Positions 23,501 through 35,500 of a DNA stretch of 64,000 nucleotides are shown here, piece by piece. Source of the DNA: Squalus acanthias (Eukaryota); the NCBI GenBank assembly GCA_030390025.1, contig CM059430.1, positions 61,194,001-61,258,000 of the forward strand, given 5' to 3'. The notes under the pieces were generated by a model that was not told where the DNA came from, did not search any database, and was given only the letters and a program-made list of their open reading frames with translations. Made by a program: the position numbers and the translations under genes. Positions within the stretch are counted from its first letter, which is position 1, and each line of letters starts with the position of its first letter.

Positions 23501-26500
23501 CTATTGCTTGGCAGATTACAATTACATAAGAAAGTATTCAGGGATAGCCTTTCCCCAACACGTTCTCTGACACATCATCTCCAGCAAATTTGACCAGATG
23601 CAGAAACCTATCTGATACATTCAATGATAGATCCTCTTCTCAATTTGTTCCCTTGTGGAGGCTCTTGAGACTTTCATTGACAAGCTTTGTCCACCTCCTG
23701 GCCCCTTTCTGATATATTCTGCAGGGAGGAAGTGTAGCAGGTGATAGGACACAAACCACTGGTTAACTTTAGCGTGATAGATGTCAAAGGAAGATGTTAT
23801 AGTACAGTCAGCTTAAGAACAACTGTATTTATTTTTTGGTTTGTACAGCAAGATAAGGGAATTGCAGATCATGTAGAACAGTTCCCTGACCAGCAGCGTG
23901 AGAGTGCACATTGCCAATCACTTTCTGAATAGTTCATTGCTAAAACATTAATTGTATAGATCGGATCCCTAAAAGTGACTGAACATGTCAACTGACTGCC
24001 CCCTTAAAGGGGAGCGGATAGTTTGACCATTTTGCACTCCTTCCATCCAGGGTTTGCTGGAGTATATGTGCTATAAAATCTTTATTCTTCACTAAGGGGG
24101 TGCCAGGCAGGAGCTTGGCAAAACTTAGCAGCTACTGCACAGTATCTCTCTTTGAAAAAGGCACCGTACCATCCTTCACTGAGATGTCAGTATTGGTGTG
24201 AACCCAGGTTCTCATTAGGTACCTGGTGAAGTAATATAATTTCAGACGGTATCTATAGTTCTCCTGTAGAATTTTTCTCTCCCCAATCTGTGTTTAAATT
24301 TTGTGATCTAATTCGGGTTTAGCTAAGATTCAGTCATTCAGCTGTTTTCCTCTCTCTCCCCAGGAAGGTACTCTTTGAAGACTTTCGTACATGGCTGTCA
24401 GATATTGCTGGTATAAAACTAGAAAGCACAGTGGATTTATCCTGTGCTAAGTATGAATACACAGGTATACAACAAGTACATAGTGTGGTATACATTGGGG
24501 ATGCGTGCGTGCCATTTTACTGGGGATACTGCATGTGTTAGAGGGTAGTAGGTCTGTGGAATTTGCTGCCCCAGGAAGCTGTGGAAACTACATCATTAAA
24601 TAAATTTAAAACAAAAATAGACAGTTTCCTAGAAGTAAAGGGAATTAGGGGTTACGGGGAGTGGGCAGGAAATTGGACATGAGGCTGAGTTCGGATCGGT
24701 CGAGGCCCTGTGGGTGGCGGAGCGGGCCCAGGGGCTGAGTGGCCAGGTCCTGCTCCTACTTCTTGTGTTCTTTAGATTTGAGGTGAGGATCAGATCAGCC
24801 ATGATCTTATTGAATGGCGGAGCAGGCTCGAAGGGCCGATTGGCCTACTCCTGCTCCTATTTCTTATGTTCTTATGTTATATCACACTGGCACTGTTGTA
24901 TTACACTGGAAATATTGCATATATGGCATTTCACTGGCACTGCAGCATGCACAGGGGACATTGCATGAACAGTATTACATTGGAGATACTGCATCATGAT
25001 ATCACACTGGCAAGGTCATACACACTGGGAATACTGCACATTTGGTGTACCGAAGCTGTGGTATACACTAGAGAAAATACATACATTATGAATGCCCTGG
25101 GAATATTGCAGTCATTTAACTAATTTGACACTGTTGTAAGGATGGGTCTTTAAAGTTATCCTGATGGCCCAATATGACACAAACCTCAGCAAAAATATTT
25201 TTTCCCTAGTTTTAAATTTGTTTTGGATGCAATGTTTAATGTACTGGATGTGTTGAGAGAAAAGCACAGTCTACTTCTGATGCAGTTTTTCTATGTAGCT
25301 GACAGCCATACAGAACCAGATTCCACAAGACTGACAAAACTCGAGGTTTTGAGAGAGCGATGGACAGCATCTTATCATGTCCCTTACAAAGGTCACAAAA
25401 TGCTTTGCACACAATGACTTACCTTGAAGTGCAGTGACTTGCTATATAGGTAAACGCGACAGTTGAGTATATTCAAGGCTGAGATCGATAGATTTTTGGA
25501 CTCTAGGGGAATCAAGGGATATGGGGATCGGGTGGGAAAGCGGAGTTGAGGTCGAAGATCAGCCATGATCTTATTGAATGGCGGAACAGACTCGAGGGGC
25601 CGTATGGCCTACTCCTGCTCCTAATTCTTATGTTCTTATGACAGTTATTTTACATATAGCAGTGAGATGAATAACCAGTTAATTTGTTTTTGGTGTTGGT
25701 TGAGCGGGAATTGCTGACCAGAACACTAGGGGTACTCCCTGCATTGTTGTCCACTACACCCAGAACAGACAGATGGGGCCTCCGTTTGAAGGTTTGTCGG
25801 AAGGATGCACCTTTAGCAATGCAGCACTACTGCAGTGCTACACTGGAGTGTCAGCCTGGATTATGTTGGAGTGAGTTTTGGTTTTATAATCGGATTCAGA
25901 GTTGAGAGTGCTGCCAAGCAATGTTCCCAGTAAGCTGTGCTTTGTTCTGCGTGGCCTGTTTCTTTTAATGCGGGTCCCTTTAAATTTCTGCACATGTGCG
26001 GTGTTTACAATGTAAGAGCCGGTGAGCGGCCTGCACGGGACCTTTCCGATTACTGCGTGGCCGCGCGCGCAGCTTAGCGAGAACATTGCTGCCAAGTAAG
26101 CCACGCTCACGTTGATATGGGTCAGGAAATCTTTTTTTCAGGGGAATCCTGGGAAGACGGATCAGGAGCAATCCCCCGCCCCACCTCTTTTCCCCCCCAC
26201 CCCCTGAAAGTGTTGACAGTTCCACGGGTGCTGACAGCTGTCCAATGCTTCGCACAAAATGTCATTCCTCATGTGAGTCTGGATGCTGAGTATTAACAGG
26301 GTATTTGATCATGGGGCCATCACAGCTGAACACAACCTTGCAGCAGGGGCCATTGAATTGGATGCAAGGCAATTTTGTAGTGTTCCTATTGCTGCGATTG
26401 CTAGGATCATCAAACTCCATACAGACCAGCGATGGAATCATGAACCTGCCTGGCCTGTGTAGCTTGATGTACAGGATATTTGACGTTACTCACTAAGCCA

Positions 26501-29500
26501 TCAGCAGAGCCCCAGAGGAACACATTTTCTAACAATCTGTAAATATATCAGTGAAAATTGTTAAACTGAAAATGAAATGCTCAAGCATCATTAAGTATTG
26601 TTTCAGTAACAACTGTACTGAAATTTTGAACCCGATGCTGTTGCAGATGTGTTGCTGTGTCACGATGATGAGTTAGAAGGGCGGAGAATAGCATTCATCT
26701 TGTATCTTGTTCCTGAGTGGGGAACAAGTGATGGCGGCACCTTGGACCTTTATGATGCAGATGGTGAGTAGCATTTACTAAATATAACCGACCGTTCTAG
26801 CTTTAGCCCTGACTCATTAGTGCCTCCACCCCAGAGGTGTCTATCTTACACCCATCATATACGTGGGCATAAGTTTTGTGTCGAACTTGAAATTACAGTT
26901 CTCGACAATTGACGTTATGAATACCCTGGCACACTGCTGGGTACTGGGCATAACCATTGTGTTATCACAATGCACCCATATAAATACTGGCACTGTGTAT
27001 TAACGCTGTTGGTAGGATTCGGGGTGTTTACGGACTGTGAGGCTACAGCAGGGTAAGTGGACCTTGCGGTCACAGGCCAGTTTCTAATGGTGGAATTCAG
27101 AATTAAAATTACTGTTGCTTCAGGCCAAATTAAAATGTGGAAGTAACAAACAGGTTATTTTACGTAAGTAAGGGAATCTCGTGCAGTGAAATTAGAATGC
27201 CACTGTCTATTATCATACAAGGAGTTGTGTCAGAAGCCTCTTTTTTTTTTTAGTTCTGGCATTCTGCTACAAACCCAGCTAAGGCTTCGAAGATTAAGTT
27301 CTCCTCTTTTGAATGTAGAACTGGATGGTGTAATGGATTAGAACTCTGTTCAATGACTTGAGATCCAACTTGAATCTCAATTCTGCATTGTGGCTGAAAG
27401 TCTCCACTGCCCTAATGCAGAACTGGATGATGCAATTTATTTTGTTTCACTTCCAGTCTCTAGTTCAAGGTCAGGACAGACTTGGGGTAGGTGGGGGAGT
27501 GGCGGGGGGTAGAAGTTTTGATCTGATGATTCTAATGTGAAATTAACACAAAATGATATTGCAATTTATAACTAGCAATTAAATAAATATACCCTACACA
27601 CACGACTCAGAAACTGCAGCCTTATGATTATGCAACTGAATTAATTGTTTTTTTACAGACCATTATCAGCCTCAGCAGATTGCCAAGTCTCTAATTCCTT
27701 CGTGGAACACATTAGTTTTCTTTGAGGTTTCCCCCGCGTCTCACCATCAGGTACAGATGTGATAAAGTTCAGGATAAGCTGGGCAATAACTAACTGTGGA
27801 CACATGGACAATGAAGTTATGCACGAATAATATAGAGACTATTTCTGACCTTTGTTCTTGTTTCCATTTACTTGGTCGGGAGGTTTTGTGCCAAGTGTTC
27901 TGGCACGGCTATGCTTTATTTTAGTATGTCCATAATATTAGGATACTGGGTTTTCCAATGTGAATCCCCCTTTACTTATGTAAGAGGAGCAGGAATAGAG
28001 GAATGCCAGGCAGGTCAAGCTGCAACTGAGGCAGACTGCGCCCACCCACATTCACAGACATCCCCCTACCTGGCAATTGTGTGGAACTGACTACATCGGC
28101 TCTGGGTCTGCAGAGAGCCAGATGCAGAGCTGTGCCATCTGTTGCAAGGACACAGTAGCTAACGTGTAGCATAAAGTGTGGCACTGCCAGTGGTTAACTG
28201 TGCCCTCAAATGCTCTGCCTCCTTCCAGGCATGTTGCAATGCTGTCCCAGGGAGGGGTACCCTGGAGTGGAAAGCAGGGTTGCCCTCCTCACTTTCAGCT
28301 CATTTTGCACCACCTCCACTTCACCAGCCGTTAAATGGGGGTTGAAATGTTGCCCCACTCCATCACTTGGCCACGCACTCGGCTTTCTGCCATACATTTT
28401 ACTGTCAGCCAGTGAGTTTTACCAGGCATTTTTGTAATACAAACAACATTTGCAAATGCTAATATATGCATTAAAAGTACTGCCAATCTTTTTACTGGCG
28501 AGGAACATTCTTATCCCCCTATGCAGCCACTTAGCTCTTTAAGGCTCTTTGTATATGATTTCCTGCCCCCCTCTGGCGAGCTCTCAATTGCCAGGCCCAA
28601 TGTTGTCTGGGAGCTTGTCCACTTTGTAAATGGAGCTGAAAAATTAGGTGGGGTCAGCACACTAATGGTTGGGCGGGGGCTTATAACACATCACCTGACT
28701 AACTAAGGCTCAATTGCAAAATCCACCACTGTTTGATGTTGAAAGTGTGAAATGTAGCTATTGCACTGGTCTGGTTTCTGTGCCATATAGTAGGGTACGT
28801 TAGGGATTGCTGTTTCAATTTGATTACGAGGGAGGGTTTGCTATTAATAAAGAAATTCATTGTTGAAATGCGATTTAATGAATCAGTAAATAACTTGTTC
28901 TCAGTGCAGTGTGTAACTTGTCTGGCTGGGTTTTAGCATTCGATGCCTAACTCTGTGCTGCATGCTTTGCTTGTCCAGGTGTCCGAAGTTCTGTCGGAGG
29001 GAAAGTGCCGTCTTTCTGTCAGTGGCTGGTTCCATGGGCCATCGCAGGAGAGGCCATCTCGTTACATCGAATCTCTTTCTCCTCAATGCCCACATATCGC
29101 ATGCGATGTAAGTTCAGATCCCACCATCTCGGTCACAATCAGCACCCCAAAGTCTCAGTCTGATTAAAATAATATGCTTTTGGGGGAGGGGAACTGAGTG
29201 CTGCTGTGGAATATCATGCTGCCTTTTCACCTCTGAGACCTGGGTTCCAATCCAGTACAAGACAGATGGGATGAAAAAGGTCTCCTCTTCCTCTCAGCTG
29301 TATAATACATGAAATGAGCTTGGGATACAAACCATTGTATCAATATGCCCATCGTTTGGCACAAATTGGCACTCGTTAGAAAGGCCACAAAAGTGGCTGG
29401 CATTGGAAATGGGAAATATCACACTGATGCAGTAGCGGTTGCTCTTCTGGGGCTGAGGTGTGTTGTTGGCCAGAGTACGGGAAGCTTTGCACTGTGTCTA

Positions 29501-32500
29501 ACCTGTGTTATACCTTGTGAGTGCTTGATGGTGACGATAGTTATCCAAGACGCTCAGTTTCCCAGCACTGACATCCATCACTTAAATCAATATAAAATTC
29601 ACCAAAAAATATAAAAAATTAGGAAAAGGAGTAGGCCATTCAGCCCCTCGAGCCTGGTCTGCCATTCAATTAGATCATGACTCCATATCCCTTGATAGCT
29701 TTACCTAACAAAAAGCTATCTCTGTCTTGAAAGTTCCAATTGGCCCATCATCCACAGCCTTTTGGGGGGGAGTTCCAGGTTTCTTCTACCCTTTGTGTGG
29801 AAAAAGTGCTTCCTGATTTCCCTCCTAAATGGCCTAGCTCTAATTTTAAGATTATGTCCCCTTGTTTTTGATTTCCCCCATCAGAGGAAATAGTTTCTCC
29901 ATATCAATCCTATTCAATCCGTTTTAACATTTTAAACATCTCAGTTAGATCACCCCTTAATCTTCTATACTCCAGGGAATACAAGCCGAGTTTATGTGAC
30001 CTGTCCTCAGAATTTAATCCTCTAAACCCCAGTATCGTTCTGGTGAATTACAGTATGTATTCCAGTTTTTGAGTTTGAGATGCATTCTGATCCTGACATA
30101 GTAGGAATGTTTCAGATACAGACTTAAGGGTGCTTACTGGTTTCTGGATTACATTTATAATTTGAAAATTCACTGGAGACCCTCTCCCACATAAAGCTAT
30201 ATTAAATCATTTTGTTTTACTGTTTTATTTTAGCCCCTTTTGCTAATCAACAGGGTGGAATCCCTGTGCCACACATTATTCCCCAACTAAGAGGCCTCTA
30301 ACGATTGTGTCCAAGCCATTAGCCTACTCGCAGGCCTCTGCCCATACCGCTCTGTAAGCTGTGACCAGCAGCTGTGAGTGCAACATGGTGCAGTACCCAA
30401 ATTCCACCACAAGAAGCCGCTGCATCATTATTTCAGCATACATAAGGGGCCAAAAATTCATCCCGCGACGCGAGAGTACGCACTGCGTACTCTTGCGTAT
30501 TCTCTCTCCAATTGCCGGTTTTCTGCATGCCGTGCGCATGCGCTGAAAACCGGCACTTGGTCTTTTGAAAAGGGGGCGGTTCCTCGGTGCATCGCGTGCG
30601 CGCTACAGGCTGCGCGCACGCTGTGCACTTCGTGCTTTGGACGCGCAGGTAAGTACGGAAGATTTTAGAAATGGAACAGTTTAAGATAGAGCAAAGGAGG
30701 ACAAAGGGCTTAATCAAGAGGGGCAAAATAGCTTACGAAAGCAAGCTGGCGGAAAATATAAAAACTAACTCCAAAAGCTTTTATAAGTATATCAAGAGGA
30801 AAAGACTGGTGAAAACCAAAGTTGGCCCATTGCAGTCAGATACGGGGGAATATATAACGGGAAATAAGGAAATGGCAGACCAACTAAATGCATACTTTGG
30901 GTCAGTCTTTACGAAGGAAGACACAAAAAACCTCCCTGGGATATCGGGAAAAATAGGGACATTTGCAAAGGAGGAACTGACGCAAGTCAATATCTCTAAG
31001 GATATGGTGTTAAGGAAGCTAAAGGGATTGAAGGCGGACAAATCCCCAGGGCCTGATAACATGCATCCTAGGGTGCTGAAGGAGGTGGCCCTAGAGATAG
31101 CGGATGCACTAAGTATGATTTTTCAGAATTCATTAGACTCGGGAACAGTGCCCATGGATTGGAGGGTAGCTAACGTTACCCCACTATTCAAAAAGGGGGG
31201 TAGGGAAAAAGCAGGTAATTACAGACCTGTAAGCCTTACATCAGTTGTGGGCAAAATGCTGGAGTCCATCATTAAGGATGAAATAGCGGAGCACTTAGCA
31301 AATGGGGACAGGATAGGACAGAGTCAACATGGATTTACAAAGGGTAAATCGTGCTTGACTAATCTATTGGAATTTTTTGAGGGAGTAACTGGTAAAATAG
31401 ATGGGGGAGAGCCAGTAGATGTGGTGTACCTGGACTTCCAAAATGCCTTCGATAACGTCCCACATAAAAGATTAGCAGGGAAAATTGAAGCTCATGGGAT
31501 AAAGGGGAAAGTATTGACGTGGATAGAGAACTGGCTGTCTGATAGAAAACAGAGAGTTGGAATAAACGGCTCATTTTCTGAATGGCAGGCAGTAACAAGT
31601 GGGGTACCACAGGGATCTGTCCTGGGTCCCCAGCTGTTCACAATTTACATTAATGACCTGGATCAGGGAGTCGGATGCAGCATTTCCAAATTTGCAGACG
31701 ACACTAAACTAGGAGGGGGGGTGGGCTCAGAGGAGGAGACCAGGAAGCTCCAGAGCGATTTGGACAGACTGGGTGATTGGGCGGATAAATGGCAGATGCA
31801 CTATAATGTGGACAAGTGCGAAGTTATCCACCTTGGGTGCAGGAAAGGGAGGGCAAATTATTATTTAAATGGCAATAAATTGGGAGAGGGGGAAGTACAG
31901 AGAGACCTGGGTGTTCTTGTACACCAGTCACTGAAGGCGAGCATGCAGGTGCAACAGGCGATCAAGAAGGCAAACGGTATGCTGGCCTTCATAGCAAAAG
32001 GGTTGGAATACAGGAACAGGGATACCTTGCTGCAGCTGTACAGGGCACTGGTGAGACCACACCTCGAGTACTGTGTACAGTTTTGGTCGCCTCATCTGAG
32101 GAAAGATGTTCTTGCCATGGAGGGGGTGCAGCGGCGATTCACCAGGCTGATACCAGGAATGGCGGGATTGACCTATGAGGAGAGACTATGTAGTTTAGGG
32201 ATGTACACACTGGAGTTTAGAAGATTGAGAGGGGACCTCATAGAAGTGTATAAAATTCTGACAGGTCTAGACAGACTAGATGCAGAAGGAATGTTTCCCT
32301 TGGCGGGTGAGAACAGAACTAGAGGACATAATTTAAGGATAAGGGCTAAACCATTTAGGACAGAAATGAGGGGGAATTTCTTCACTCAGAGGGTGGTGAA
32401 CCTGTGGAACTCATTGCCACAGAGGGCAGTGTACGCCAGCTCATTAAATATATTTAAGAGGGAATTAGATATATTTCTACAGGCAAAAGGGGTTAAGGGT

Positions 32501-35500
32501 TACGGAGAGAAGGCGGGGACGGGATACTGAATTGGAGGATCAGCCATGATCTCATTAAATGGCGGAGCAGGCTCGAAGGGCCGGATGGCCTACTCCTGCT
32601 CCTATCTTCTATGTATCTATGTATCTATGAAAAAGGAGGAGTAAGACCCACTTTTAACAAGGTAAGTAGTGAATTAAGTATTTTTTTGAATTTTTTTTAA
32701 CAGGTATATCTTTTTTAGAGACTTTAAAGACAGGTAAGTTTATTTTTATAACTTTTTAAAAGATTTTAAATTTTTTCAAAAATTTAATTTTTTATTTAAA
32801 ATGGTTAATTTATTTAACTATATTTATTTTATTAATGTGATGGTTTTTTTTTAAAATTTAATTGAGGTTTAGCTGTTATTTTGGGGGGGTGTAAGATTCA
32901 TAGATTTCACAGCACGTATGTGAAACTTATGAATGGAAGATGGTGTGCTGCCATTGGCTCTAACTGAGTCACGTGATCCCACAGCTCGCACGAATTCACT
33001 ACGCCGGTGGGATACGCAAGCACTGCCCAGCTGATGTCTGGAACATCAAGTTCGTGCGAGCTGGATCTGAAAAAGCACACGCGGAGTGAGAGATCGCGGG
33101 GAAGCCTTACCCCCGCGGGAACAGAGCGAGATCAATTTCTGGGCCATTAACATAAGAAATAGGAGCAGGAGTAGGCCAATTGGCCCCTCAAGCCTGCTCC
33201 GCCATTCAACAAGATCATGGCTGATCTGATCCTAACCGCCAATCTACTATCACAGAACCAAAAGCAGCAGGATAAGTCTAATTATTCGATAATTAAATAT
33301 TTTTAGCGTCAAATTCTCATTTTGCTGTATTTATATTTTTTAAGTGGAAAATTTCCTGAAATTACCAGGAGTAGTCTGATGTAGTGGCAGAAAGAACATC
33401 CAATAATAACAACAACTTGCATTTATATAGCACCTTTAACATAGTAAAACGTCTCAAGGCGCTTCACAGGAGTGTTATCAAACAAAATTTGACAGCTAAG
33501 GAGATATTAGGACAGGTCAAAAAAAGCTTGGTCAAAGAGGTAGGTTTTAAGAAGTGTCTTAAAGGAGGAGAGAGAGGCGGAGTGGCTGAGTATTCCAGAG
33601 CTTAGGGTAAATGCCTAACTAGAGCACGGCAACAATGCAGTACTGGAACAGAGCAGGAAGCTGACATATTGAGGTGATCTCAGTATTGCCGTGACACCGA
33701 TCAGATGAAATATGTTTCCTTTTATTATGTTTCAGGAACAAATTCTTTATGACTGGATCAATCCGATTTACCTGGATATATCCGCTCAAGCCCACATCCA
33801 GGAGGAGTTTGAGGAGAAATCGGAGATGCTTCTAAAGAATTTTTTCAAGGTGAGAGCTCATTAGGGGATTAATTCAGTTGAAAGGCAAGAACCCTCTAGA
33901 AAATGCTTGTAGAGCATGAACAGGAAAATGGCTGTGGTTCAGTGACATTGGCCATGGGAGGGCCCTTGGAGTGAATCCATTTCTTTGTTGAAGTGTTGGT
34001 GTGAGGTGTCTTTTTTTATTCATTGCTGATTTTTTGTGATGTTCATCATACAGATGTCATGCATGATGGTAGAATCTGCTTTTGGCAGGGGAGGGCGGGG
34101 CTGTTATTTTTTGACTAAAAGCTGACACTGAAGTCAGGCTTTTAAAGAAAGAAACGTGGATGCCGAAAGCGAGTCTGGGTTTTGAAAACCGACTGCACAG
34201 GCAGCAAAAGCCTGTAATAGACAAGAGACTGAAGGGAGAAGAGGTTCTGTCCCTGGATGGTAGGGCAGAATGCAGAGGGCTTATTCTGTTTAGATTAAGT
34301 AAGAAGACCCAGCCACCAACGTAGAATAGCATTCAATTTTTTAATAACATTATGTGAAGCCGAGTTGTATCGATTTAAAGTAAGCGACCTATTGTTCCGT
34401 ATACATTTCACCTTACTGAATTGTGCAGAGCAGTTTAAGAATTCAAAGCAATCTTTGCCTCACCTAGTTTAACTCAGTCCACCTTCAGAGAGATTGAAGA
34501 AATACAAATGCAAAAGACCCAGATACCCGGTCTGGATTGCAAGGTGATTCTTTTGTCACAATCCTGGGTCTCGCTACCATACAAGTAGATATCGGCAGTA
34601 TGAGTCAACTCCCATTAAAGATAATATGCTCAGACCACTTACAAGAGCGATTGGTGCCACTGAACCATTGAAGCCCTAGAGGAGTATAGAAAGTGCAGGG
34701 GGATACTTAAAAAAAAAATTACGAGAGCGAAGAGGGGGCATGAAAAAACACTAGCGGGCAAAATAAAGGAAAATCTCAAGGTGTTTTATAAGTATATTAA
34801 GGGCAAGAGAATAACCAGGGAAAGAGTAGGGCCCATTAGGGACTGAAGTGGTCTGTGTGTAGAGCTGGAAGATGTAGGTGAGGTTTTAAATGAATATTTT
34901 GCATCTGTGTTCACTATGGAGAAGGGTGATGTAGGCATAGAAATCAGGCAGGGGGATTGTGATATACTTGAACAAATTAGTATTGAGAGGGAGGAGGTGC
35001 TAGCGGTTTTAGCGGGCTTAAAAGTGGATAAATCCCCAGGCCCTGACGGGATGTATCCCAGGCTGCTGTGTGAGGCAAGGGAGGAGATTGCAGGGGATCT
35101 GACACAAATTTTCAGAACCTCTCTGGCCACAGGGGATGTGCCAGAGGACTGGAGACAGCTAACGTAGTACCATTGCTCAAGAAGGGTAGTAGGGTTAAAC
35201 CAGGGAATTACAGGCCAGTGAGCCTAACATCAGTGGTAGGGAAATTATTGGAAAAAATTCTGAGGGACAGAATTAGTCTCCACTTGGAGAGGCAGGGATT
35301 AATCAGGGATAGTCAGCATGGCTTTGTCAGGGGGAGATCATGTCTGACCAATTTGATTGAATTTTTCGAGGGGGTGACTGGGTGTGTGGATGGGGTAGTG
35401 CAGTTGATGTAGTCTACATGGACTTCAGTAAGGCTTTTGACAAAGTCCCACATGGGAGACTGGTCAAGAAGGTAAGAGCCCATGGGATCCAGTGCAATTT

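Larger units (their letters stand above)
30447..33145. mobile_element. Diverged GGGCC-TIR MITE split by a CR1 insertion (pieces 30447-30672 and 32630-33145)
   Basis: Ends GGGCCAAAAATTCATC / GATCAATTTCTGGGCC; internal TGCCGGTTTT..GCATGC, TTAGAAAT|AAAAGGAGGAGTAAGACC and ACAGGTAAGTTTATT match 19133-19749; TSD not preserved. Confidence 0.7.
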
